A model generated the notes under the pieces. That model searched no databases. It was not told where the DNA came from and saw nothing but the letters and a program-made list of their open reading frames with translations. A stretch of DNA of 53,057 bases from Seison nebaliae. Its lineage: Eukaryota. Below, one piece after another: positions 1-11,976 of this stretch (position 1 is the stretch's first letter; the number at the start of each line of letters is the position of its first letter). The stretch is from positions 1 through 53,057 of the forward strand of contig JALJEE010002581.1 of NCBI GenBank assembly GCA_023231475.1. Reading direction: 5' to 3'. The position numbers and the translations under genes are program-made.

Positions 1-223
1 TTTGGACGCGTCCAAAAAATAAAAGAGAAATTTCGTTTTAGACATACGACATGAAGAAATGAAGAATTTTAGAAGAATTAGTAGAGGTAACGTTCCTCTG
101 CAACTTTTACGATAAGCGAATTGAAAGACGGAGGAATACATGGACAAAATTGTCTGAACAATAATTTTATATGAAGTCAATACAAATTTATTATTGATAG
201 ACAATTGTAATCAGCACGGTTGC

Positions 224-515
224 CGGACAGTTCTACTCCTTTTGGTTTTTCCTTCAAAAAAGGACAGTTCTACTTCTTGTGTTTTATCAGAAATAACACT
301 TCTACTCATTTTTTCTGTAATATAGGACACTTCTACACCTTTTTTGGCAATTTAGGACAGTTCTACTTCTTTTTTATGAAAGATTTTTTTGCTATATATT
401 CTATACAGGAAGATTCGTTATAAATGAAATTTTTATTCATTAAAGTAGGAAATTAAAATTGCCAAAAAAGGTGTAGAAGTGTCCTATATTACAGAAAAAA
501 GGAGTAGAAGTGTCC
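224..515. mobile_element. Foldback/MITE-like inverted repeat with modular subrepeats
   Basis: 296-353 (acacttctactcattttttctgtaatataggacacttctacaccttttttggcaattt) is a near-perfect reverse complement of 456-513. The motif GGACA(C/G)TTCTAC recurs about 5 times on the left (one copy degenerate) and twice inverted on the right. Ends and TSD are not resolved. Confidence 0.6.
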
Positions 516-1059
516 GAAATTCTTCGTTTAACACAACTTTTTGTTACTCCGGTAAATTTAAAATGTTAGTTTTTTATGTTTAGGCTAATTATATTTTTAT
601 GCAATTTAAAGAAAGGAAAAAAGGTAAAAGCTTTTTTATATAAAAAGGGAAGAAAAGGGAGGCGCTATCAAAAACTAACCGCATTGGGCCGAACTTTGAA
701 CTGGGGGGAAGTTCTAATGTAGAAAAAACTAATTAATTTTAGTAATTTCCTAATTCATTAATAAACATCTTATGAAAGGTATTCAAAACAATCTTTTCTT
801 CTGATGTTGAAGAAGGACAATTTGCAATATACTTTCAACAATTTTGACAGAGATTCATTCATTCTTATACAGTGGACTATTGACTGGGTCTTTGCAGATG
901 GTGGAAAAGAGACAAATATAAAAAACGTTCTTCTTTAATTTCTTAATTCAACAACTGTCAATTGCCATTCTCTTGATACATAATAAGTTGTCTATTTATA
1001 ATTCTATATATAAATATATTATTGAAATTAAATTAGATACGAATCATATCGAAGTTCTA

Positions 1060-1812
1060 ATGAAGAAAGTCGTTTTGGAGATCAAGATTGGGAAGAATGG
1101 ATTGGAATATTCGACAATATCGAACGAATTTCCAAATACTGAATTATATTCGACCACCCAAATTAAATCAGAGAATAACATGTCGACCGTTACTTCACAT
1201 AATTGTCATGCGGAAATGGTAAGAAATTCGGAGAATAATTCTGATGATGAAAATGCAACAGATTCAGACAGTTCAACAGATAGCGATAGTTCAACCGATT
1301 CTCAATCGGAAATGGACCTTGAAAAAGCATATGATTTTACTCTGATATCTGATTCGAACGAATTGGAAGCAAAATCGACAGATTATCTGATAATGGCACA
1401 AGTGAATATTTATAGAAAATTGTTGAAGTTCGAAAAGTTCTTAAAACGTTGTTGTCCCTGTAAAACGGATGGATCACTGATAGTTAAGTATCTCACTTTA
1501 ATTCAGAAAATTGATCAAGAGTTGGAGAGTTTAAACAATTCCGAATATTTGAGTAGTGCGAAATATCTGAATAAGAATCTACAAATCTTTAACAACATTT
1601 TAAATCTGACTTATAAACTCATGGGCAATACTCGAGTGTGTTTCCCCGAGAACGAAGAGGCGATGAATAAATTCAAATTGGTCCTTCAACAACAAAGTAA
1701 AGATGATGATTTTTATGATTTTCTTCAGTTGCAAAAAACATTGGCATCGATTGAATACAATAGCTCATTGTATATGATGTTGATTTATCTCTGTCATATT
1801 AACTACAATTAA
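1060..1812 (+). CDS. Intronless protein of unknown function (Ser/Asp-rich segment followed by a helical-looking C-terminal region)
   Basis: About 250-codon open frame in AT-rich DNA. First in-frame ATG at 1060 (MKKVVLEIKIG). AATAAA about 40 nt after the stop. No family recognised. Confidence 0.65.
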   Translation: MKKVVLEIKIGKNGLEYSTISNEFPNTELYSTTQIKSENNMSTVTSHNCHAEMVRNSENNSDDENATDSDSSTDSDSSTDSQSEMDLEKAYDFTLISDSNELEAKSTDYLIMAQVNIYRKLLKFEKFLKRCCPCKTDGSLIVKYLTLIQKIDQELESLNNSEYLSSAKYLNKNLQIFNNILNLTYKLMGNTRVCFPENEEAMNKFKLVLQQQSKDDDFYDFLQLQKTLASIEYNSSLYMMLIYLCHINYN

Positions 1813-2183
1813 ACAAATTTATAGTTTTTTCCACCTTTTCATTTAATTGAATAAATTCATGGAGTTTAAAATGTCGTTCAACTACGATTCCGTCAGTCGT
1901 TTCCATTCATTCCATTTTCTTCTCCTGATATTTGTAACATATATGAACGTTACGATAATTAATGAAAATTAATTTCATATATTTTCCATATCGATTTAGA
2001 AGGAGGGAAACATTATAGTTATTAGCTGATATTCATCGAAATTACTTTAAAAATTTGAAATTTAAACAATTGTGAATTGATAAAATTTGATAGTACCAAA
2101 TTTATTAGAGAATATTTATATTTATATATATATAAATCGACAAATATATATCGTTCAAATGGTGATATGAATTATGATGAAGT

Positions 2184-4316
2184 TTAATTTTGTTTCTTCT
2201 GCGCACAACAACGTAAAGCAAAAACTCCTGATAGAAATGAAGAATTGTTAGAGAGTTGGAAGAACTGGGAAACCGTATACGATGGGATTCGCCGCACAAT
2301 TAGCGACGGCGAACATGAACATCAATTTCGACCCGAGAAATGAACCATATTTCCTTGCGGAAGCCGGATCCAATAGAAACCAAATACTAACGACGATGTA
2401 AGGCGTCCAACAAATAACGAATATGAGAACTGTGAATGTGAGTTAGGAAGATAAGTGAGATAATAAAGTAACCGATGACGACAGCCAATTGAGTCGTTCT
2501 TAATTTGGCTTTGAGAACGTTATCTTTGGTGATTTTTGAAGATTCTGAAACGAATTAACAAATTTAATGTTCAATAAATATTAACTTAAATGAATTGCAT
2601 TAATCTTCTGTTTTTTCGATCGTTTTGAAAGTGATGAATTATTACTCGATTCTTTTATGGGAAATATTATTAAAAAAAGGAAAAATTTTATTTAAATGTT
2701 AACGAGCTTGTCGAGAAAGTTTCGTGTTTAATGGAATGAGAATTCGTTTACTAAATAAAGTGCGACGTCGATGATGTTTGATTCGATCGGAGATTTTTAT
2801 CCAAATTCCTATATAAGTTCCTACGATCACTGTCAATGGGACGATGTAGACGATGATGTAAATATATGCATTGTACGCTTGAACGAATATTTGGTTCATA
2901 CCGAAAGTAGAACATTGAGTAAAGAATTGATAACGTTCATGTCGTATCACTCGGAATATGATGGACTGGAATTGAATTAGGAGAAAACGTTGAATGAGAG
3001 ACAAGATGAATGGGAACTTGGGGAATGCAACTGATGGCACTGAGAACGTAAGAGATGGTTATCATTCGGTTAGATAATTGATTTAATTTGGCGATTGATA
3101 ATGGTTTCGTTATCGCATAATATCGATCGAGTGAAAGTAGAATGATAATAAAAGATGAGAGTACGTAACCGAAAGCACGAAAATAAGCGAGCAACCGACA
3201 AAGGAATGTCGATGCGATCCACATAACGTTGAAGTCCCAACCGATCTCAATGGGAATGGTGAAGAATGCAATGAACAAATCAGCGATACATAAATGAAGG
3301 ACGAATGTTTGAAATCGAGTGATCTTCTTCCGACGAAAAATGTGCAAATTCGAATTGTTCATTCTCATATTGAATAGAGTTGATTTGATGGATTTACATC
3401 GTTGTAAGATGGAGGGACAACAATAACAGTTTGGAGGCAATTTTCGTCGTTCCGTTTTCATCGATAAACTTTTCGTTTTATAACTATCAATACTGTTCGT
3501 TCTCGTCAACGTCAAATCGGAGTAAGTGACTTCGCAAATTATTTTCGAATGATTTGATTGTTCGAAGAATTCGGAGGAACGGGCACGTCGTAAGGTCAAC
3601 GGTTTGTTTGTGGTACTTCTCTCACTTAGACTGATATGGAGTTGATTATGTTTATTGTTGGGAATAGTGGAATCGAGAGATTTAATATAGTTCAACGACA
3701 TGTTCGATTTGATATTTCTTCCCGACGGTTGTTTATAAAGTTCGACCCTTCGATTTATCATTAGGGAATTATTGGAAATGAAACCGCCACTATACACCGA
3801 AGAATTCATTCGACTTGTCACATTATTCATGAGATTGTTGAGATTGAAATGACTATGAGCATAATGGTTACCAGTGAACACGTTCTTATTATGATGATAA
3901 CGTTTCCGTTTATATGAGAAAGTGAAGAAGAGTTTAGAGAGAAGAGATACGTTAGCTAGAACGGCAATTGTTAGGAGGACGACATGTCCCATAATGGAAA
4001 TGAGATGAACATTTGAGAATTTCATATCTTCACTTAAACATCGATCGGCATTCATCAATTCATCTTCATACGCGACAAAGTTTTGGAATATTAGATCGAA
4101 TTGTTCATTACCCGAACAATTCTCACTAATACTTAAGTTTTTTATAGATAATCGATTAATTGAACGAATGGTAATTTTGGATGATAAATATTCATTCAAT
4201 TTCCCAAAAGGTTCACATTGATATTTTTTTGTTATTGTCAATAATCTCTTTCGTTCGATGTTTATGTCGTCGAATAAAGTTTCGGAGAATGTGATGTTCT
4301 TGCAGAAGTTTTCCAT
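2184..4316 (-). CDS. Class A neuropeptide GPCR, GnRH/AKH/ACP/corazonin receptor family
   Basis: Motifs HLCIADLF..FF.IP.EIGW, C.LLAYFRAFG, SLDRY, IPQ|SIIF...FTQC.TF, CWTPY, NCAANPIVYG. Frame is restored by introns 2966-3017, 2652-2703, 2545-2585, 2430-2472 and 2228-2273 (all GTT...AG). Ends VFALRCCAQKKQN*. Confidence 0.9.
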
Positions 4317-5451
4317 TTGTTCTTTTGGAATGAAGCAGACGAAGGGAGAAATTGAAAAAAGTGTTGAGTTATAAGGTGGGAAGTCGGGAGGAATGTACTG
4401 GTATGTAATAGCGATAGAAATTCATGAATAAGAAACTTGAAGTAATCCACTGGAATTTCTATGACTGATTAGTGACCTTTTTAAATGACAATAATTTTGT
4501 TAATGAAGTCTATAAATGAATAGACAAATGATTTTTATCTAAATAATAAATGGAAAATAATTACATCAATATTTTCTCCTCCTTTCGGTGGATAGATGAA
4601 AATGTTGTACTTCTAGCAATTCCACTTGTCAGCAATTTAGCCCAATATGTTCTCATTCAATAATTGCTGTTCGATTAAAGATACTATTCTCAGTCTAATC
4701 CAACCTCTAGGGAGAATATGCGACAAATTTGGAATTTGCTTCACCAATAAAATTTTATGTTTTTTTGGTCAAAAAGAAAATAAAATTTAAGGAATAACCT
4801 CTAACTTGATCAATGTTGAAATTTGGTTAGGATACAGCATCAATGGAGAGAAGAAAAGCTGAAATAGGAAGATGCTCTCTGTGCTAGTAATACTTTTACC
4901 CCTACTGTAACATGATCAGTTAGAGAGCATTCAACATGACATTTAAGGAAATGATTATTTTGCAAATCTTTAATTTGCTCTGTAGAAAGTTAGTCTATTA
5001 AAGATTTGCCTATGAAAATTAGTCCTCCTTCACATCTAAATGGAACAAAAACGGACTTCTAATTAATCTCATTTTTTTTTCTGAAAACAAGTTAATTCAT
5101 GCTATTAGTACTATAACGATTGAAACACGCACAATATTAGTCCTTTAAGGGAAACAGACGGATAATCTGTCGATTAGAAAACATTGAAATTTGACCATTT
5201 TTGAATTAGTCTTAAAATTTTAAAATACAATTGTAATCAACTAGTAGGTAAGTTGTTAAGATCATAAGGAATTATTTAAACGTTAATTATGTAACCGATT
5301 AGTTAGTTGATGATATTGATAATTGTTTTATTAATGATTGGTACTTTAATTTATTAAGGAAGAATTGGAGTAGACTAGAGGAGTGGTTGAAATTCGCCAC
5401 TTTTAAATATCGGGCGAGAAAGAAGACTTATTAATCAATATAATTCATCTC

Positions 5452-5465
5452 GTTACCATAGCAAC
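5452..5465. promoter_or_regulatory. RFX X-box (GTTACCATAGCAAC)
   Basis: Exact match to the GTNRCC-AT-RGYAAC consensus, about 100 nt upstream of the ATG at 5566. Confidence 0.75.
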
Positions 5466-5565
5466 GACGTAAACAAAAAAAAAAACATCTCGAAACTAGG
5501 AATTTAGTGTGAACATATAAGAAAGTTAGTTTGTTCGCAATAAGAATAACGTGGGAATAGAAGAA

Positions 5566-8500
5566 ATGGATTATCTAAAAGAATTGTTCAAGAATAATGA
5601 TCGAGATGGAATTAAATTGTTCTTAAAGGAAACGTACTTATCTACTAGCAGTGTCGATGAGGGAGACTTACACTTGGATTATGAATTGGATGAAAAATTG
5701 ATGATTGGAGAGAAGTTGTCGATGAAAGAATATGTAAACATCTTCCATTTGTTAGCATATGACCCTTACGAGTTGGAGGCGAAAGACCTCTTCAAAATAC
5801 TCACCAAATATCCGAAGTTACGTGTGTTGAAATGTCTGTGTGCTCGGTCGAATCCGGATGCATTATCTCCAGTCGATGTTGCATTCCTGCACAAAAATCA
5901 TATTTTAACCGAATCCCTATCTTACTTCGTGTATAGCGTGCTCACCGATTATGTGGAAGAGCGGATTAGCGGTGACGATCTTGATCGAGATAAAGATGCA
6001 TTCGAAAATTCGAAAGAAACATTTCGACTTTTGAGAAATATTCGAATAACAAAATATTTCGATCTGCCTTATGAATTGGAGCAATCTTCCGATATCTCAT
6101 CAACATGGCATCAGTTGGAAGAGTTGGAATATGAATCAAACCAATTGGAAAAAGCAATCACGAACGATGACATTCGAATGGTACAAAGTCTCATGACACG
6201 TCGCAACGTAGAGAATACGACATTGCCAAATATGACTTTTCCTTTGCATTATGCCATACTTTGTGAACAAACACGCATTGTCAAGTACATCATACAGGAA
6301 CAAGCGAATACAATAGATATCATCGATCATGTTTGAACGATTATTAAAAAGACTTTAAACACCATTTATTTCCAATTGATCATTCTTTCTTTTAGACGGG
6401 CGCAAATCCCTTCCATTACGCCGCCCTAATAAGAGACGGCGGAACAATGGTAAATTTGTTATCTAAAGTGAAGAAGTACGAAAGCAATCAGGAGAGAAGG
6501 ACGAAAGTTCGTATGGAAATTTTCCTCATTTTTTCTCCCTCACAACTTTACCCTATTCCATTTGGGTAATGTGTCTATTCAAGAAACGAATATAGACAAG
6601 TTACTCACAAAGGATTTACTTTCCAATTATTTCGCTGTGTTTGCCCATCGACGATGGAAGAGTGGCCATGTCGTGAAATATTGTTCAGCTAAACGGAAAC
6701 ATTTTTCTTCTAGAGAAACTACTCGGCGAATAAGGACTAGGGAAAAAGAAGAAAAAAATTGACAGGAGTCATATGTAGATTATGCACGAAAATCGTAAGA
6801 ATGCTTACAGACGCAAATGAACTACGTCATATTTTTTTTATCTAACATTTCTAGAGCGGGAAAACAGTGGAAGATAAAGTTAAAAATTTGAGGAAGAAAG
6901 AATTGGCAGAGAATTGGGAAAAATTCCGTAATATAGGTAATTATTTCGAAGAGGAACACAAAAAATTGAAAAAAGAAAGTTTTCCTTCTTTCAATGGTCA
7001 TTCATATTATTATGCATATTCCAATAGTCTTGACTAAATATCATGTAACAGTTGAAGATGGAATTGATGAGGAGAATGGTTCAATTATCAATGATGATCT
7101 ACAATACGTTACTCCGAGAAGAGGTGCTTCATTCTGCTTCTTTTATTATTCATTGCATCTGTTCCCCCCTTTCTCCATGTAATGAAGAAGCGACAATTGA
7201 AACTCCTGAACCGGAAAAAGTTTTCCTCCATCCTATCGACAAGAGGCCATCGAAACGGCTGAACTATGATCTCCCACCGGCCAATGCCGTATTGGACGAT
7301 TATTTAAAAGAAGTAAATTCGCAATATACGCATAACAAAATCGGTTAGTCATTCGAGGCAAATGTGAATTTTATGCAAAGTGTCTGCACATTACTCTTTT
7401 TCCAGGTCCAACGCTGGTGAAGAATTTGGCAAAAATCATTAAATTGCGACCGGAAGATCCGATTCATTACCTGGCCAGCCTCTTGAGACAATCATATGTT
7501 AGATGATTCGATAAATTAATTTTGAAACGAAATTGACATTCTCAACAGAAATTGCAGAAAATAAATAGTGATGGAAGGAAAGATGATGAAAAAAAGATTG
7601 AGAATGATGAGAAAACTATTCGGTTGAAGGAAGAGCATGCATCGTTGATAGAAAAGGAGAATGAAGAAAGATTAAGAAGGTAAGTATATCAATTATATTT
7701 TCTAACCAACAAATAATTGAAAAAACATCCTCTTAACATTATCTTTTCTTTAGACATTATCGAATCAATCCCATTCCCGAAGATAAATACTTCTCAGATG
7801 AATTATTAAGTTCGATTGAATTGCGGGCGAATGCGACCATATTTAACCTTATGTTAAACTGGCCTGTCGAAGGAACGGTTACACCCTTACATGATGTCGC
7901 ATCACGTCCTGGTTTAACGAAGAAACAGTTGGTGAAGATGATTGAGGAGGAGAAATGGGCATACTGCAAGAATGAGTACCTTGCTTCTCGCGAGCCTCAA
8001 AATATGCTGAATGTAAGACAAATTGCTCAAAAGCACGGTTTAGAAAATAATGTGAAGATTATAGGTATACTCTTCTTAGATTGTCTATTGGATTAATCAT
8101 AATATTTATGTAGACGAGTACATTGTCGACGTATATAAGCGACTGGACGAAGAGAAAGCCTCTCATAGTTTGTTGGACTTGTTTATTCTGAATGGATTTG
8201 AAGGATTACCAGAAGCTTTTCGGATGAATGGCAATGAAAAAAACCAAGAAGAATTCATCGATTCCTTGAAAAACTTGACTGTTCTCCTTTTCCTGTTTAT
8301 GTCTACTAATGAATTCTCGTCTATTAAGGAAGCGGTGACTAATATAAAAGAATTAGTGAAGAGCGGAGAAGTACGTTCATTTCGCATGAACATAAATAAA
8401 TATCGATCCATACTTTATCGTAATACAACGAATTTGAACACCGCACTGCATGATGCAATTCAATGGAAGCAATGGGCCATAGCAATCAATATCATCGAAT

Positions 8501-8726
8501 TGGCTCCTCCACTAACCTTCATCAAGAATAGTGTTAGTTTGACTCATTTATTAGGTGGAGAATAATCGTCTTTCCGTGTCTTTGACAGAATGGTGAATTG
8601 CCCTCGAAACTGTTAGGACAAGTTGTCAAACGTAATTTGAGTAACGACGATCGGAGATTGGTAGAGAAATTGGAAATGAAAACCAAAGAGTTGGAGTCGA
8701 AGCAGACTGCATACATTCTCGTATGA
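5566..8726 (+). CDS. Ankyrin-repeat protein with an internal Dpy-30/RIIa-like dimerisation motif
   Basis: Ankyrin motifs FPLHYAIL, DH|TGANPFHYAA, TPLHDVA, TALHDAI. Dpy-30-like NSQYTHNKIG|PTLVKNLAKIIKLRPEDPIHYLASLL. Proposed introns 6331-6395, 6507-6854, 6937-7051, 7124-7187, 7344-7405, 7498-7548, 7680-7753, 8065-8113, 8533-8588. The 6500-7200 part is least certain. Confidence 0.75.
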
Positions 8727-9219
8727 TCAGTAATGAACTTCTTTATTATTCAAAAAGAAAAGATAATGATAATTTTTTGTCATTTATTGGAAGAAGAAAC
8801 CTTTTCCTATATTATCTTTCACCTTCATCACTGAACATGTACCGAACTCTCTGATGATGGTGGGGGGAGAGAGAGTCCTATTATCTTACGCCCAATTGTC
8901 TCGTGCGATATGTGGGGGAAAGAATTAAATTTGGAAGTGCAGGTCGAACCGAATACACATATCATCGAGGTGGGTGTAGTCGGTTTAATGTTTTTGATAA
9001 TGATACGTAATAGTATAAAGGTATGTACATTTAATAGAAGAATCATGAAACAAATTAACATTGTAAGACAATCTTTTTATGAGACTACGCTGCGGGTAGG
9101 AGAAATTAATTAAATACAGTCAATTCAATTTTCTTTTTAATAAATCGGTACTTTCAATTAATTAATATCGGATTAATGAAAATATTTTAAATTTTAATTA
9201 TTTCTTACCAATCCTCCAT

Positions 9220-11232
9220 TTATTTATTCGTTTCTCTTAAATTTCGTCTGGCTTCTACCAAATCATCCTTTGCTCTCTGGAACGATGTTATGACATCTTG
9301 AATGTTCTCCGCTGTGTCATGTTCGTTGTAATGTTGCCGATCCGTCAGTTGTTGGATTTTGTGCATTTTAATAAACGTATCCATTGTATACGGTTCAGCC
9401 ATGTTGTTTGTATTGGTTAATCTTATCAAATCTCTTGATTGCCAACCAACATTAAACCGAACAACAATATCTCCCGTCGTTTGTGTGGCCAAAGCGAAAC
9501 GAGAGAGAATGTTATGTTTCTTCCCTAACGAATCAATCCGTCTCTTCTGATGCTTATTCAAGGAACTCCATCGTTTACCTTCATTTATCAGACGATGTTG
9601 TTGTTCCATTAGCGATTCGGGAACACCGACATATTCCATGTTGGCAATCTCTTCATTTCCCCCGATGAAGAATCGCCGCAGTTCATTCACACGGGAATCA
9701 TTTCCTCTTAATCGCCAACAATCGATTGTCGTATAAATCGAACCGGTCGCCGTCGGTAAATAACTGAATCCATAACCAACATTCTTATATCGTTCCCAAT
9801 TATCTTTAGCACCGACCTCCACATAGAATCGGGGCCAATCATTGAATTGGAGATTAGACGAACAATGATTATCATCGTTAATTCTGTCATGCATATTGTG
9901 TGGAGGACACAAATCGAATTCGAATGGATGAGAGAAATACCATATTCGATTACGTTGACTATGTTGACCTTTGGCCATATGAACGATGTTGGTGTAACCA
10001 ATGAGACATTCGCCTCGATCTCCATACATTTTATTCGGATTCTCATCTTCGTCCAATACCGGTTGTGTGGGAGTTCGGAAAAGCCAGTTTTTAGGTAATC
10101 GTAAAAGAAATCGTACGAACAATGGATTATCATCAAAATTCCTCCCACAAATTATATTACCATTAACCACCATGCGCATATGATTCTCTGGTATATCATT
10201 TATCAATTTCATCATTTCTTCTTCAACATCCACTTTCCTCCCAAATTGAGACGATCTCATTAACAAGTGTCTACGTTGATTCTTTCGTTCTTCTAACCAT
10301 CGATTTTCCGTTTGTACCAACTTCCCATGACTATCTAATGATTTCGATACGTTCTCAATGAAATATTCGTAATAATCATTTGGTGAGGTGGTTGTCAAAC
10401 GATAGGCAGTTATACTATTCGGCACCGAAAATAATTCGTTGCCATCTCGAATTGTATTGTCTCTCAAATGACTAGTTTGCCATGGAGTAGTCTTCTCTTT
10501 TAAATCGTCGAATTCTTCATTGAAAACGATTTGACTATTAATTCCATTAAAATCTGGCCTAATGATAATTTGCCCGGGAACATCTAAATTTTCATGAATT
10601 ACACATAAAATATATTCGTTAATTTCTATCATCTTCCGATTAGAAAACTCAACGCAGATGATAAACGTCTTATAATTGGGAAGTTGACGCCATTTGTTCG
10701 TCTCCGGATCAAAATTCACCACTTGATCACTACCACGATTTCTCAGTTCGGAATTTGTATTTGCTGATTTTTTTTCTTCCATATATTCGCCATCATATTC
10801 TTTCAATTTATCCTTGTCCAATGTAGTTAATCCACATTGCTGATGAACATATTGTCCTGTAAAATCATCATACGCCGTATATGTGAAAATTCTGGAACGA
10901 TTCAGAACTTCATCTCCTTCCTCATTAAACAACGTCTTCTTCAGTTCTAACGCTTTCTTCCTCCGTTCATTGTCTAACGATGTGTCTCCTTTGAAATCGT
11001 TTGAGGAATAATGTGCAACTTCCTTTCGCGACATCACCTTCTCCTGCCATTTCAATATCAGAATCTGCTTCTCTACTTTCTTGTCGTCAGTGCTATTAGA
11101 TGATTTCTTATTTAATAAATCACGATCATTTGAAGACCAATCGCCACGCTGCAACGTCACTCGAATACGCAAATTCTCGATTGGATCAGATGTGGTGTAA
11201 ACAGCCGATTCGTAATTAGGCTCCATCGTCAT
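9220..11232 (-). CDS. MKS1: Meckel syndrome type 1 protein (B9/C2 transition-zone protein), intronless
   Basis: N-terminal AVY..DPIENLRIRVTLQR and WQEK, B9 domain (FSHPFEF, WPRFYVEV...D.W.R...GYG, ELRRFFIGG) and C-terminal FQRAK, all typical of MKS1. Confidence 0.93.
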   Translation of the reverse strand: MTMEPNYESAVYTTSDPIENLRIRVTLQRGDWSSNDRDLLNKKSSNSTDDKKVEKQILILKWQEKVMSRKEVAHYSSNDFKGDTSLDNERRKKALELKKTLFNEEGDEVLNRSRIFTYTAYDDFTGQYVHQQCGLTTLDKDKLKEYDGEYMEEKKSANTNSELRNRGSDQVVNFDPETNKWRQLPNYKTFIICVEFSNRKMIEINEYILCVIHENLDVPGQIIIRPDFNGINSQIVFNEEFDDLKEKTTPWQTSHLRDNTIRDGNELFSVPNSITAYRLTTTSPNDYYEYFIENVSKSLDSHGKLVQTENRWLEERKNQRRHLLMRSSQFGRKVDVEEEMMKLINDIPENHMRMVVNGNIICGRNFDDNPLFVRFLLRLPKNWLFRTPTQPVLDEDENPNKMYGDRGECLIGYTNIVHMAKGQHSQRNRIWYFSHPFEFDLCPPHNMHDRINDDNHCSSNLQFNDWPRFYVEVGAKDNWERYKNVGYGFSYLPTATGSIYTTIDCWRLRGNDSRVNELRRFFIGGNEEIANMEYVGVPESLMEQQHRLINEGKRWSSLNKHQKRRIDSLGKKHNILSRFALATQTTGDIVVRFNVGWQSRDLIRLTNTNNMAEPYTMDTFIKMHKIQQLTDRQHYNEHDTAENIQDVITSFQRAKDDLVEARRNLRETNK

Positions 11233-11268
11233 GGAAACGATGCTATCTCTCCTGATAACTATGGGAAC
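11225..11268 (-). promoter_or_regulatory. Two degenerate X-box-like motifs at the MKS1 5' end
   Basis: Minus strand GTTCCCATAGTTAT (11255-11268) and GTTTCCATGACGAT (11225-11238, overlapping the first ATG). MKS1 orthologues are established RFX targets. Confidence 0.45.
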
Positions 11269-11944
11269 TGGATCAAAATTTGAAAATGTGGAAATTCATA
11301 AACAATATCTTTCCGCAAAGTTCTTGAGTGAAAGAAAATTTGATTTTAAGCTTAAAGATGAAGCTAGTAGCGACTACCACCTGACTATGTGTGCTTCGAT
11401 TGGCTCAATTAGATGTTTAGGTGGGAGGGCAATTAACAAATTAAATTATATTGACATTTCTAACATATTTATGTCATTGGATGTTTTAAAATTTACAACC
11501 CTACCAATTATCCAAATCAACAATTTATTATTGGCAATGTTTGTTTAAAATGAACGATTATTTTCATTAAACTTAAAAAAAAAGGGGAGAGATAAAAGTT
11601 CTAATGTGAATACATAAAAATTTCAGTCAATAATGATAAGATCAAACATAATTAACTCTCAAAGGAATTTGTATGGTATGGCATTAAGTTAACTTAATAA
11701 TATCGATATCGATTTAATGCTTTCTGTCATCTTGCCTCTCTTCTCTAATGTGCTCACTTATAATTCCACTACTTTAGCGCGACGATCTGTCTAATTAAAT
11801 TAGAGGAAAGTGTTCGATCGATTTAAGTGTATTGATTTTAATGTGAGTGAAAGAAGATTTATCTCCAATTCATTTCTTATCATCTTGTACTGTCATTCTC
11901 ATTTGTGGAAGATTGGTTGTGGAAGAAGAGGAAGATGAGAAAGA

Positions 11945-11976
11945 AAGAAGAAGAAGAAGAAGAAGAAGAAGAAGAA
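11945..11976. repeat. (GAA)n microsatellite
   Basis: About 10 tandem GAA units. Confidence 0.9.

Noticed and set aside
224..370. Spaced direct repeats resembling a CRISPR array
   Set aside because: The repeats are only ~12 nt, part of an inverted repeat, in a eukaryotic context with no cas genes.
11231..11548. 105-aa plus-strand ORF head-to-head with MKS1
   Set aside because: Overlaps the MKS1 promoter and has no recognisable motifs. Likely spurious.
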